Below are positions 26,192 through 39,345 of a DNA stretch of 64,000 nucleotides, in pieces; within the stretch, counting starts at the first letter, position 1; each line of letters starts with the position of its first letter. The position numbers were made by a program, and so were the translations under genes. Source of the stretch: Vicugna vicugna (Eukaryota); contig MU058010.1 in NCBI GenBank assembly GCA_013265495.1, forward strand, positions 99,145-163,144, given 5' to 3'. The notes beneath the pieces are model-generated. The model had not been told where the DNA came from. It did not search any database and was given only the letters and a program-made list of their open reading frames with translations.

Positions 26192-26625
26192 CAGTGGTTT
26201 TCAAACTTTTTCGACTAGGACCCACAGTAAAAAACAAACTTTACATTATAGCCAGCACATAGACACAGGTTGTCTTTGTTGAAACAGAAATTTTTTAAAG
26301 AACCAATATTTAATATTTCTAAGTATAAGAAACTCTGATCTTTTTCTTCCCCGTTAAAAAAATTTTTTTTGTTTGTTTGTTTTCCTTTTTTTGGTGGTGC
26401 TGAGGGGTAGGGAGGAAGTAATTAGATTTATTTATTTATTTACTTAATGGAGGTACTGGGGTTTGAACCCAGGACCTTGTGCATGCTAAGCACTGAGCTA
26501 TACCTTTCTTTCTACTCCTCTTTACTCCTCGTCATTCCATTAACAAAAAGAAAGGTTATCCATTCTACTAAATTAACCTCGTGACCGATGGATAGTCCAC
26601 AATTAGAGCTAGAAAAACAGATACT
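26192..26625. mobile_element. hAT-Charlie MER element interrupted by a SINE
   Basis: Begins with the Charlie terminus cagtggttttcaaactttttcgactaggacccacagtaa; right end approximate. Confidence 0.55.
26363..26504 (-). mobile_element. vic-1-type camelid tRNA-derived SINE
   Basis: Reverse strand reads GGTATAGCTCAGTG-CTTAGCATGCACAAGGTCCTGGGTTCAAACCCCAGTACCTCCATTAAG(TAAA)n..CTAATTAC..A-rich tail. B box intact; matches the recalled vic-1 structure. Confidence 0.85.
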
Positions 26626-26714
26626 GTTCTGGGCAGCAATTGGAAGCAGTTCTGAGCTCTCCATTAGTGTCTGCTCTTTATCACATGTGGGTCAATGTAG
26701 GAGGGCTATGTTGG

Positions 26715-26870
26715 GGTGTCTGCTCTGCCCTTTGCTACCTGGGTGACTTTGTATAAGTCGTTTAGCTTTTGAGCCTTGTTACCCCATTTATAGGGATTTT
26801 TAAATTAAGAGGTAAATTAAGGTATATATGCAAAAATGCTTGGTAAACCATGCATTTTCAGTATTAGTGA
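26715..26870 (+). mobile_element. MIR fragment
   Basis: gctctgccctttgctacctgggtgactttgtataagtcgtttagcttttgagcctt..aaattaaggtatatatgcaaaaatgcttgg. Confidence 0.55.
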
Positions 26871-26889
26871 TATGATTAGTAATATGCAC

Positions 26890-28470
26890 TTTTTAAAAAT
26901 TGAGGTATGATTTACGTATGATATAAGGCATTAATTTAAAAAGTACAGTCTGAATTTTGACAAATGTATACAATTGTGCATATACTACAGTCATGATGTA
27001 AAACATTTTCAGCACCTCAAAAAGTTCCCTCTGTGCCCTTTGCAGTCATTTGTCTTACCCGATCCTGTCTCTTGGAAAAACTAATCCATTTTCTGAACTA
27101 TACAGTAGTTCAGTTTCTAGAATTTCATATAAGCGGCATCTCATTGTATTTTACCACTGTATCTGGCTTCTTTTACTTAACATAGCACTTGAGACTTATC
27201 TAGTGCTTGGATGTTTATTTTTATTGCTAAATAGTATTCCATTGTTTGGTAATCCTAAAGTTGGCTTATATATTCAGCCATTTGGGTTTCCAGTTTTTGG
27301 CTGTTTGGGTAAAACCGCTATAAACATTTGAGCACAATATTTTTTTTTTTTTGACATATCTTTTCATTTTGGAGGGGAAGTCATTCAGTAAGTATGTTTA
27401 TAAGATGCTGACAGAGTGTTTCCTCTAGTGACTAACGATGTTGGACATCTTTTCATGTGCTTATTTGCCATTCCTATCTTGTTTGAAATGAAATGTCTGT
27501 TACTAGATGTAGGACTATTCAAGTTACCTATTTCTTCTTGAGTGAGACCTGGTAGTTTGTCTTTTGAAGAAATCTTTCACATTATCTATGTTGTCAAATT
27601 ACAAATTATTTGTGATATTTCCTTAACCTTTTAATGTAGGATCTGTATTTATTTCCCCTTTTTCCACTCCTGATAGTGATTTGTTTTCTTTTTTTCCCCT
27701 GATTAGTCTGTCTAGAGGTTTTTCAATTTTATTGATCTTTTCAAAGAAGCAGCTTTCGGTTTCACTAATTTTCTTTATTGCTGTTTTATTTTCATTTGTT
27801 TTATTTTTATTATTTCCTTCCTTTTGCTTTATTTTTTTCTGGCTTCTTAAGGTGGAAGCTTAAATAATTGATTTGAGAGCTTTGTTTTCTAATAAGAATT
27901 TTCTGCTATAAATTTCCTCCTAGAGAGCTACTTTAGCTGCTAATATTCTGAATATTTGAAGTAGTTTCTGATTTCCTGTTGATTTCTTCTTTTACGCATT
28001 GATTATTTAGTATATATTATTTAATTTTCAAATATTTGAGGCTTTTCCTGATACCTTTTACTGATTTGTAATTTAATTCCCTTGTGTCCAGTGACCATCC
28101 TTTGTGAAATTTCAGCCTTTTTCAGTTTGACTCTTGCTTTCCCTCCCAGAATGCGCTCTGTCTTGGTGGACGTTCCATGTGCATCCTGCTGATGTTAGAA
28201 TTGGTCCATAAATAGTAAATAGACCAAGTTGTTGATAGTGTTTCTCACATCTTATATTCTTGATTTTCCGTCTGCTTGTTCTAACCATTTTTGAGAAGTG
28301 CTGAAGTCTCCAACTGTAGTTTGGGATTTTTTATTTTTATTTTTTTAGTCCTATCAGTTTTTGCTTCATGTTTTTTGAAGTTCTGCAGTTAAGTGCATAT
28401 ATGTTTAGGATTGTTGTTCAATTTATCATCATGAAATGATCCTTTTTATCCCCAGTGATAGTCATTAGTT
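26890..28470 (-). mobile_element. Old L1M element: 3'UTR plus internal ORF2 fragments
   Basis: attgaggtatgatttac..ttttgacaaatgtatac..aaaaagttccctctgtgccctttgcagtc, then ORF2-type ctagaggtttttcaattttattgatcttttcaaagaagcagcttt. Confidence 0.85.
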
Positions 28471-28479
28471 TTTAGTCTT

Positions 28480-29210
28480 TGGAAATTTAATGGATTTTTC
28501 TGCTCTGCCTGATACTGTTGTCTCCTTCCTCTTTGAAGAACAAAGATTTCACGGCTTCTGTGGCACCAAACATTGGTTTTCATATCCCTCAGACCTTTCC
28601 TTTTCTATCTCTGTTGTGTATGTTTTCCTTTTACTGATCTTAAACTATTGTTATTTCTCAGGTTGCTTCCTGAAGCCACTACTCTTCTCCTCTGTATAGT
28701 ACTTGACTCAGATGATCACCTTTGTGTATACCTCCATCTATGTCCTTTTCCTTAAAGTGAGACACATTCATGCACTGGCCTCCTGAGTACCTTCGTGGAC
28801 GTCTCATTTTTGCTTGAAACTCTAAGTGTGCCAAATCAAAGGCTTCACTTCCCTTTTTAAACATATTTCTATTTCTGTATTTTCACAGAAGGTAGCTTTA
28901 TCCTTGCAGTGTTTCTGGTTATTTCTTGAATGTATTTATTCTCTTCTCTCAAGTCATTCTATTAGAGCGCTAGTCTTCTGATCTCTTGTCAGGACTCTCA
29001 CAACTTTCTGTCACTTCCTAAAAAGCCAGTTTCCTGTCCAGCAGCCAGAGTGACCAATCTAAATTGCATATCTGACCCCACTCACCCTCCTTGAAACTGC
29101 TTAGTTGCATCTGTCCTCCGTAGGCCAAGCCTAAATAAGCTCTGTGACATGGCACCGAAGACCTCCATGGTAGGACCTGCTCCTCCAACTTGATGTACAT
29201 CTCTGGTCAA
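28480..29210 (+). mobile_element. L2 body fragment
   Basis: Pyrimidine-rich degenerate L2 with cagcagccagagtgaccaatctaaattgcatatctgacc. Confidence 0.6.
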
Positions 29211-29314
29211 TGTGCAGGCATCTTCCAGGGAATAGAGAGATAGAAGATGAGTTGCTGGAGAAATTTACTCGGAGAATGTAAAAACACAGCTGTTGATTGG
29301 AAGAAGGTGTGTTA

Positions 29315-29510
29315 AGTGATAGTAAGGACCATGTAGTTATTAGCTATGTGCCAAGTGCTGTTGCAAATGTCAGCTTTATAAGCACATTTAGTTTGACAGC
29401 AAGCATCCTTTTTCAAAGATGGAGAAACTGAGGCAAGAGAATTAAGTAACTTGTTCGAAGTCACGTGAGGCAGCCAGGAAAACTGGCAGACTGGCCCCAG
29501 AGAACAAGAT
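29315..29510 (-). mobile_element. MIR
   Basis: ctatgtgccaagtgctgtt..agatggagaaactgaggcaagagaattaagtaacttgttcgaagtcac. Confidence 0.85.
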
Positions 29511-30804
29511 CTTTACCAAGAGAGTTAAATACTGCCTCTGAAGTACTATCGCTTTCTCCACTGAGAACACTGAGAGTGCCAGCATAAAATCTAGAAGTAT
29601 CTCTTTATTTTCTGCTTTTCTCTTGAGCCATTCTGTATGAGATTTCTGACCTTGAAACTGACAAGGAAACATTGTATCACAGCCATTGATCTTAATCCTG
29701 AGAATATTACAATTGTAAAGGCATACTGTGATAAGAAATGAACTGTTTTGAATATTTCTAGTAAATAAAACTGAAAAAAGGTATATGCCAAAGGAAGAGT
29801 GATGTAAGTGGCAGCAGGTAAAGGATATAAGTTTTCTTAACTGCAGAGGACAGGGAAAAACTTCTGTATGGAAACCACAGGTCTAGCAACAATGACAGCC
29901 TTCTCCCAGATATATGTACAGGCTTTCCTCCACGGGATGGGGTCGTAGAGACACCAAGGGTTTCTTGGTCTGGTGTGTGTTCTGATGAGTGCTTTGAGAA
30001 GCTTCTCCTGTTCTCCGTGGGCCTTCTGACTCACTCAGTATATCTAACTGCTTCCAGACAACTCCAGCACATTGCTGGGTGTTTTCCGTGAGACTGGTTC
30101 ACTCGAAGATGAGTTCCCAGATGAATGTTCCTGAAAAGGGCTGGGTTTTGTCTACCTGAAGACTGTTCTGTGCCTACTTAGATGTGGTGTGTTTTGTGCA
30201 ACAAATCCTAAATTAGACATCATACCTCTGAAAGAAAATAACATGATTTTGAATGATCTGAATTTGTGCCTACCTTGCAAGTTTGATCATGGAACATAAA
30301 TCATTAACTTAAAAAAAAAACTCAATGGAAAAGAATTATTTAAAACAATTTCATCATATTGGCTTAGTAAACTTTCTGTAATATAATTTAACTTCATTTT
30401 GCATTTTTATTAACTGACATTTTCCTTTTTGAGTTCAAAATGATTGATAAAGCAAGAAATATAGTAATGTTTTCCACAGTTTTTATGTAAAACTGTTCAA
30501 AATATACCCTTCTGTGTAAAGTAGATAGACTAGCATGGACTGGGACAACTGAATATATGTGAAAATAAGTTCTATAAAACTTAAACTATTCGTTAGGTCT
30601 GGTGGGCCTTTCTGAGCCCATTAATATGAGTTAATTAGAGCTTCCTGTACTTAGATTTTCCGTAGTAACACTGAAGTACTATCTTGGAATTTTTAAATAT
30701 TTATGGGTTAGTTTAGAGGGCTCCTCCTCAAATCAGTAGAAACTTGGAAATAAGATCAAGAGCTCTCAGAGCTGAATATGCTAAGATGTATAGAGTATGC
30801 AGAT

Positions 30805-31070
30805 TGTTTATTCATCCTTTTAACCATTCATTCATTAGGCATTTATTGAAGGCTGAGTACTCTTACAGGAATACAAAGATGAGTAAGACTGTCTGCCCTC
30901 TGAGAACAGTGAGGAGACAGATGCATATGCAGTTGGCATGCGGTTGTAATGCAGTAATATGGGCTGGAACAGTATAGTGAGGTTACCTTTGATCTTGGAG
31001 AAGACGTTGCAGAGAAGGTGATGCATCAGCTGAGTTTTAAAGGACAAGTTGGAATATAGACTGGCAGGAG
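30805..31070 (-). mobile_element. L2 3' end
   Basis: cattcattcattaggcatttattgaaggc..atacaaagatgagtaagactgtctgccctc. Confidence 0.7.
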
Positions 31071-31629
31071 TTGTAGTAATTTTTTCATACTCTGTAATAA
31101 TTTTACTTCCTAGATATCTGGAATGGATTCCTAGTAGAAGTGTCAGATTTGCGAGTGGAAAGCAATTGTTGGTGTCTAGATAATTTTTGTGTATGTATAC
31201 TCTTGGTCTATGTTTTTAAAAATAGTGTAATATTTACAGAGCTAATTTATATTTCCTTCCTGGTATATAATATATCTGAATATATGCAATTAGAAATATA
31301 GTTTGAGGAGATGGGGTATATATAACTTTCAAATATTTTGAATATTAAATTCTTAAAAGTGCTTTTGTGCTCCTTTCCTTTGAGTGGATATTTTTTCCTT
31401 ACTATCTTTGGCATTGAATTACAGAAATTCATACTTGTTTTTAGTGTAGGGGTTGAATTACCAGTGTTGGGAAGAGTCTGGGTTTTCTTTTTTAATATAT
31501 AAAAGGCATAATGCCTGGCATTCTCCCTGATATGCTGTATTAATTATTCCTTATTTAAAATATTGCTGAGGAGGATTTAGAAATGTGAGATGCAAAGCTT
31601 GTGTCCTGGGCTTGGAAGATAGGAAGCTA

Positions 31630-32380
31630 TTTATGAATTTACTCATCTAACAAATATTAACAGAACACCCACTACATGCTTTGGACCATGCTAAATTCTG
31701 GAAAAGCTGTGGAATAAAATAACAATTCTTGTTCTCAAGGACTTAAACCCTTGTTGAGTAAACATATATGTGATGAAAGACAGTTTCAGAGTAGTACATA
31801 CTCATTATATACATATTATGTAATGGAAAGCACTAGGTCTGTGGGCATCTAATCCATTCTAGTTCCTACATGAGATGTAGTTCAGCCTGAAAGCTGAAGA
31901 TTGAGTTGAAATTAGTCAGATAAAGTGGGTGGGATGGGAGTTGTGGGTGTGGATCAGTTCTAGGCACAAGGAATAGCTTGTGCAGATGTAGAAGACTTCA
32001 GGTTATTCATGACATCTAGGTCATACAATGTAAGGGTGGTGGAGTGGTGAAGAGGTTATCTGTAGAGGAAGCAAGGTTTAGATCAAAGTGGACCTTTGAG
32101 CCATGGTAAGATATTTGAATGTCATCCTCTGAGTAGTGGGGATACAAAGGCTGAAAGGTTTTAAGCATAGGAATGAGGGACATGATTTGATCTGCATTTC
32201 AGTAAGGTCAGCTTGATGTCAGTGCAGAGAATAGCTCAGGGAGTGGTAGGGGTAGGGGCCAGTGAAGACAGAGAGGCAAGTTAGGAGGCTGTAGCACTTG
32301 TCCAGGTGGCCTGAACGACGGTAAGTGGCAGCAGGGGCAGAGAAGATGAATTAAGAAGATATAATCCACATGGTTTGATT
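31630..32380 (-). mobile_element. L2 fragment
   Basis: actcatctaacaaatattaacagaacacccactacatgc..gttttaagcataggaatg..gatctgcattt..gttaggaggctgtagcacttgtccaggtg. Confidence 0.75.
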
Positions 32381-32845
32381 TATGTCTCCTAGTTAAGTTT
32401 CACTGAAGTCATTACAATTCAGATCTCTTCTCTGCTGGCTGGAGTCAACTTCAGATGTCATAATCGATCCACATCCTCAGTAAGCATCTATATGCTCTCT
32501 CCTTATCCAGATCCATTTATTTTTCTAATCTGACGATTTCTCCCAGCTGCTCCAGACTTAACAAACCCTCCTACTTTCCCCTTTGGAATTCATGGCCTGT
32601 CATCTTTGAATGTTTGCTTTCCTTCTTGCTCTACTGGGAACCTTCATGTTATTTGAAGACTCTATTTTCCTGGCAGTGTCTTCCTTCAAAAGCTTCCAGC
32701 TCTTCTTGAACATTTCTATTGCATTTCTCCTTGTTGGTCTCAACTATGTGTCCTCTAGTCCCTCCCACTGATTCGCTGAAAGCATAAGAACTTGAGTTAC
32801 TTTCTTTTCCACCACTATTTCAGTTATTATTCCATATCTACCTAC

Positions 32846-33000
32846 CAGGGACTCTTAACCTGGGGTCCATGGACCACCAAGGGGTCTGTGGTAGAATTCA
32901 TGGTATCATTGTATTTAATGGGAAAAGGATAATCTTTTTTATTAACCTTTAAGTGAATTTTAGCATTTAAAAAAATTATAAATACAGACATAATGAACAA
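32846..33000. mobile_element. hAT-Charlie terminal fragment
   Basis: cagggactcttaacctggggtccatggaccaccaaggggtctgtgg resembles a Charlie terminus; extent uncertain. Confidence 0.5.
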
Positions 33001-33917
33001 ACAAATGAACAACCAAACACATGCCCAGTAGGATCTGACCTGTGACTTTATCACAGATAATGAAAGACTGAGATCTCCGCCTTTCCTGATGTGAGCATCT
33101 CCACTGGCTGCCCTGCACACGGCCCTTGGCTGTGAATACAGTTTGCATGTGGTAACTTATTTTCACACAATTTAAAGGAATTTTAAGAGCAGAATTATTA
33201 AGTGTGTTTCTCACTTAATGACATTAAAATTGTATATAAAATCTAAATGTGAACAGATTACTGTAAGTAGGTAATTATTTTTTATGGGGAAGGCTGGTAC
33301 ATTTTCTTCTTTTCAAAGAAGCCTTTGGCTAAAGAACTTTTTATAAAATTCACTAATACAGGTTAAGAGTGGGAGAAGCCCTTTTGTAACATTTAGGAAC
33401 ATGGAGGCTACGTAGAAGCGGTAGTTGATGGGTTGGTGGGAATTGTGACTTGGTGATAAGGTTGTGCCTGTGACTATGGTGGTTAGCTTATCACACCTGA
33501 ATCAATGGACGGCCAGTTTTCCTCCCCACAGTGATGTCTTTTTGTAACAGTGATGACACTTGCATTTTAGCAAAGACTGTGGAACAAGGCAGGTACGCTG
33601 TTTAGCTGTTAACATGCAGCATTCCCTGTAATTCTCATATCTCACCAGGTTCCCTGTTTTCTCTTTCTAAAGACTCTCTAGAGGTTCCGTCTCCACCCCA
33701 GAATTAATCATTGGTTTCTATCTGTTACTAATTTACTTAGGATTTCCTTGAGGGCATTTATAATATTTTACCTTTATTTGTAATTCATTTTCATATTTTC
33801 CCCTCTAGTGGTAATCATCTGTGGGATGGCAGTATATTTTGTGTATTTTATCATCTAATAATTGACTGCTGGCTTTCTGCCAGCTATCATTCTACAGGCT
33901 GAACGCACAACAGTGAC

Positions 33918-34290
33918 TATAATAGTTACCTGTTGCTATGTAACAAATTAAACCAAAACAGCAAACATTTATTATAAACCTCATACTGTTTCTGTGGGTC
34001 AGGAGTTTGGAGGTTGCTTAGCTGTGGTTCTGGCTTGGCATCTCTTGAGGTGGCAGTGAAGATGTTGACTAGAGCTGTCATCATCTGAAGGCTCGACTGG
34101 AGCTTCTGGGATGGCTTACGCACATGCCTGTTGACAGGACGCCTCCCAGCTTTTCTAGCTTCTTTAGTCTCCTGCTAGGTCCTCCTGAGTGTCCTCATGG
34201 TCTGGCAGCTGGCATATCCCAGACTGAGTGATCCAAGAGGGAACAAGACAAAAGCTGTAATATCTCTTGTGACCTCATCTTGGAGTGAGT
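33918..34290 (-). mobile_element. MaLR LTR (MLT1F-like)
   Basis: ttgctatgtaacaaatta..acatttatta..gtttctgtgggtcaggagtttgg..gcttagctgtggttctggct..tcatctgaaggctcgactggagct. Confidence 0.85.
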
Positions 34291-36496
34291 GGGCCCATGT
34301 ACTGCTTTACAGTGTCAGCATTTTTACCTGAAGCTGAAAAGTGAGAAGTAGTTCTATTTTCTATTAACCATTCATTGTGATGGGTATTATCATGGAAGTT
34401 TTAAGCAGTTTGGTTAGGGTAACACAGAAAGCATGCGGCTGGGCAGGAACCAGAAGTCAGACCCTGGAGCCATGTTTTTAATCAGCAAATTGCTTGTTTA
34501 GTAATAAAATAAATTAAGAAGCCAAGCTATTTTAGCTGTTAGGTTTTTTTCCTCTCTTAAATATAAGATCGCATGAAAATGGATAAACTTAAGTGATACA
34601 TTTTTCTGGATTTCAGATATGCATTCAAATAGAAATGATTCAGTAATTACAATGAACTTCTATTTGCTTAATAATTCTGGATTGCGTGAAAATATCTACT
34701 TCCTTTTGGGTTCTAAGGAAGTGTGCTTATGATCATACATAGTTTTTCCAAATGTTCGAATTCTAAGATGACTAATAATTATATATCTACCTTTCATTTT
34801 GAATTAAAAAATATCACTGCTTTGTTAATATTTGAAATGTTGTAACAGAGAAAACTGAGTTTTCACTCTTACAGTGTTATACAATATCTAAACATCCAGA
34901 TAGAATTTTTTAGAGCTTGTTTTTGGTTTAATTAACTTTTAAAAATATGTCATTACTGATTATCAGTGTGAGATAATACTCAGTAGGGTGCTCATTTAAC
35001 TTCCCCTGAAGATAAGTGATATTAATTTATAACGGTTGGTATACTCCAGACACAGCCGAAGCCATATTAATTAAGTGTGGTGTACCACCTCCAAATAACA
35101 TTATAATAGAATTCCCTCATCTTCTGTGTGTTTAACCAGTTTTTCAACAAAGGCAAATTGAGTACTTCGTCTGCTTGGGTTGTGTCTGTAGCTCAACTTT
35201 AAGAGAATTTCAAGTAAAATTAAGAGTAGCCATGCAAGTGCACATATTGTAAAACATATACACTCTCAGCCAAATTGCCAAATATAAACAACAGTCAACT
35301 TACAGTTAGTATGATGGGGCCTTCCATTGTGTTCTTATGTACAATAGTATTTTAAAAGTTTGCTTTTATGTTCTCTTGTGCCTTGCTAAAGTTAAGCAAA
35401 TTGCATATGTAATTCCATGAAAGAAAAATTAGGTGTGATTTTTTTTTTCCACTTATGAGCGGAGTCTTAGTATCATCCCTTGAAAAAAAAAAGAAGCTTC
35501 TTTAGAACATTTAAAGTGATTTGATAGTACAGTTCAGTCTGTACCTAGCTTTGTAATAGTGCCCAGATTATTTGGAATCTGTTTGTAGCGCTCCATAGAG
35601 CATCACATACCTGGAAATGCTTTTACTTTAAGGCTGAGGTATTCAGCAAACTCAGTTTCATGTTCTAGTATAGGAAGAAGGATTGCATTTATTTTTCTCT
35701 TATGGTTCCTTCCTTATATTGTCTTTCATTCCTTTCTAACCAGGGAAAGTAAATAAAAGCATTATATAGAAATTATGAAAACACTGATCTTTTGCATCTC
35801 ATTTTACTATTTGTACCTTTGTAGATTTAGAAGTTAGAAGAGGGATGTGCTGATTTTTCCTATCTTGCCTTTAGCTAGCTAGACTAAAGGTCCAGTGCAC
35901 ATTCGTTTTAACACTTGGATAAATTCCAGCCCTCTCCCAGAGTTTAGGCGCTAAGCTTATGGGGGAGGTGTGCTAATTTTGTATTATTATTATATAAATT
36001 CTGATATTGTTTATTGATACAAATGCAGTTCTACGTCTAAAGACATAATGGGTTGGGTTGCTTTTTTTTTCTTTATGCCATTTTTGGGCTATATACTATA
36101 CCACTTTTATGTGTAAAAGTGTTTGGGAGCTTGTTCTTTGTTATTTAAACACGTAGTTTCTTCATAGTCAGGATTAAACAAATGCATTCAACCTGATGCC
36201 TCATTTCAAGCTCTTAGCACAGTATGTAGATATAGAAGGGGCTCAATAAATATTAGTCAGTTATTTTTATGACTTTTAGAGATTTTAGAGATTTAAAAAA
36301 AAAGTTTTGGGTTTTGGTGAAAACTTAAATTTTAACTTCTACCACTGATGGAGGTTGTATATTTCCAAATTAGCTTGTGAATTGCTTAAGCTTACTATTT
36401 GCCATTCATTGACATGTTTACGTTTGTAATATTGATGTTGCATTAATGATGTTTTGCCTAATTTCACTTAATTATAAGTTTAGCATATTAATTTAG

Positions 36497-36499
<3 letters not shown>

Positions 36500-36529
<30 letters not shown>
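36500..36529. repeat. (TG)15 perfect microsatellite
   Basis: Direct reading of the sequence. Confidence 0.97.
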
Positions 36530-36530
<1 letters not shown>

Positions 36531-36959
36531 TGAATGAAAAGGAGTCAGCATAGTTTCTACACTCAGGAATTGATATTACAGAGGTATAGAGGTGATGGCA
36601 ATGAAGTAGCCATTAAGAAGACAGACAGAGGAGCCAGCCCCACTTGTTAAAACAACTGTTAAGTGTTTCCTAATTTTTAAAAATGAGTATCAGGAATTGG
36701 AGTACTGATGTACACAGGTGCATAACTTCTGGAAATATATTTATGAGATAATTTTATGTTTCTGGGTTATTTCAAAGTTGGGAATGCGTATGTTGGTGGG
36801 TTAGGTATCCCTCTTTGCTGCTATGATACACTGTATACTTCTTGCAACATTTTGTACATAGCTATATTATTACTTGTTTACGTCCTTTTTCCCCTCCACT
36901 TACTTGTTAGTTATTTAAGTTGTTTCCCTTCTAAAGAGCTCATATATCTTTGTATAACC

Positions 36960-38880
36960 AGCTTCTGATAGAGTAATCTCTCCATTGCTCTTCATTTTTT
37001 TTTTTTGTACATTTGGAATTCCATGTCTATCAATTCTCCTGCCTGAAAAACTTCTTTTGACACTTTTTGTAATACAGGTCTGCTGGGGACATTCTCTCAG
37101 CTTTTGCCTGTCTGAAAATGTCTTTATTTTGCTTCTATTTATGAAAAATATTTTCACTGGACATAGAATTCTAGTATGTATTTTTTTCCCCTCCAGTACC
37201 TCAGAGATGCCATTCTGTTGTTTTTTACTGCCATTGTTTCTGAAGAGAAATCATCATTTGTATCATTTTTGTTCTGTATATAATGTCTTCTTTTCTCTGG
37301 CTGTACTTTTATGGTTTGCCCTTTATTTTAAATTTTCAGCAGTTTGACTGTGGGGTTCCTAAGTGTGAGTTTTTATTTTATTTTTTGTATTCTTTCTGGA
37401 GTTTGCTAAGCTTCTTGGATCTGTGAATTGATATATTTTTTTTTAATCAGTAACCTCAGTCATTATCTCCTGACCAATGTCTTTTGTACTACTCTCTCTC
37501 TCCTGCTTCTGGGCCCCAATTATACTTGTGTTACAACATTTCATATTGTTTCACAGATCTTGGTTGCTCTGTTCTTTTTTTTTCCTTTTCCCATTTTTAA
37601 AAATTTTGCTTCAGTTTGGATACTTTCTATTGATCTGTGTTTAGGTATACCAGTTCTTGCCTCAGCATTGTCCAGATTCTGTTAAGCCCATCTAATGAAT
37701 TCTTCATTTTTGACACATTTTTCATTCTAACAGATTTGTTTTTAAATAGTATCCATGATTTGCTGCTGAAATTCCCCATCTCTCATGCATGGTGGCCACT
37801 CTTTTCATTATATCTTTTAGCATATTTTTATAAATCTTATTTTAAATAGTCTGTCTAGTAATTCCACCATCTAGGCCATCTCTCGGTCACTTTTGACTGT
37901 GGGTCACGTTTCTTGCTCCTTTGGGCGTCTGTATGGTGGACATTTTATTTAAGTACAGTAGAAATTATATAATTGCTTCTGAGAAAGGGCATGCTCTTCT
38001 CTCAGGGTGCTGGAATGGGGGCTGAGTCAATGTGATCTCCAGTTGAGCTGGATTTGGGCTTCCTGCTGGTTTAGTTTTGTTCAGCTCATCTGTGGCCTCA
38101 TGTATTTGGAGGGCTTGATGTCTGAGTGCTCATGAGATTCTGATAGTCTGCTTTTAGACATTACAGCTGAACTCTAGCTTTGAAAACCATGGAATATCTC
38201 ATCCTGCTTCAAAGTCCGGATGCCCATTTTCAGAGTTACTGTAGCATTCTCTTTTTGTTTTCAGCTCCACTGCTGGCTCTCTTTTTCTTTAGGAGATCTC
38301 TCTCTGACCTGGTATCCTGCCCCAAGCCTTCAGTTGGCAGATGTCATGTGCTCTCTGAAGGCCTGGAATGCATCTCTGGGATTTCTCCCAGGTCTCCTCT
38401 GTCTGGTCCAGAGCCTTCAGAGGGCAGTTGTTTTGCACGGGGAGAGACCTCCCATGCCTCAGGGAGCATCTTGCTCAGCTTTCCTGCCCTGCCACCAGCC
38501 ATTGGCATCCTGCCCCATGCAGCTGGTGAGGACTGGAGGGAAGGAGCTGGTAGAGGGGTGCAGACTTGCTCCAGGGCTGGGGCTCCAGGGCTGAGGGCCT
38601 TGGACTTCTAACCTCTTGTGTCAGCCCCCATGCGCCTGTCAGTCATTCATTTAAAAACTTGGCTGTTTTTTCTTTATCTTTGTTTGATTTAATTCTTTGT
38701 CTCCAGCTGTTTGTCAGGGGGAAGGAACAGTCTATCACTGCCCAGTATTTAGTTCGTACAGGTTTCATTGTATCCTCAGCTTCCTAATGGGTCAAAAACG
38801 AGAGCAAGTACAATTTTGTAGGTTATCTGGCTTCTTCTGGTTGTTAGGAGAGCAGTGGTGTTTTGTGACTACTATGTAAT
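36960..38880 (-). mobile_element. Old L1M/HAL1-like ORF1 and 5' region
   Basis: Minus-strand remnant KIFFINRSKIKTFSDRQKLRE resembles the L1 ORF1p C-terminal domain, followed by degenerate ORF1/5'UTR sequence. Confidence 0.75.
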
Positions 38881-39152
38881 CCTGCCTGAAGCTGTCCTAT
38901 TCTTAGTACTTTAATGTTAAGTTCATGTTGGATGGATGATATGTGAATACAGTACATGGTATTTTTCCTAGGGATTATCTTCATAGTGAATTTAAAGACC
39001 TACTTTGAAAGAGAAGCATTATTATCTTTGCATCTCACTATTTGAAAAAATAAATTCCAATTTCTTTAGTGAAGCGAGTAATCAATACTGTGACTTAATT
39101 GTCTCTTTAAATTGAGAATTTTAAGTGTCATATTTCTTGAATGGGCTCTAGT

Positions 39153-39345
39153 AGCGCTGTCCATGAGAAACTTCTGTCGTGATAGAAAAGTTCTGTATGT
39201 GCTTTGGTCAGTATGGGAGCTACCAGCCTCAGGTGGCTCCTGACCATCTGGTATGTGGCTAGGGCGACTGAGGAACTGAATTTTAAAATTTAATTTGCAT
39301 TTAAATAACCACACGTAGCTCGTGGCTGCACAATGAGTAGTAACA
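39153..39345. mobile_element. MER3 hAT-Charlie element
   Basis: agcgctgtccatgagaaacttctgtcgtgatagaaaagttctgtat..atgtggctagggcgactgaggaactgaattttaaaatttaatt. Confidence 0.85.

Noticed and set aside
26440..26504. tRNA gene
   Set aside because: tRNA-like head is incomplete (A box truncated) and is followed by a SINE body and A-rich tail.
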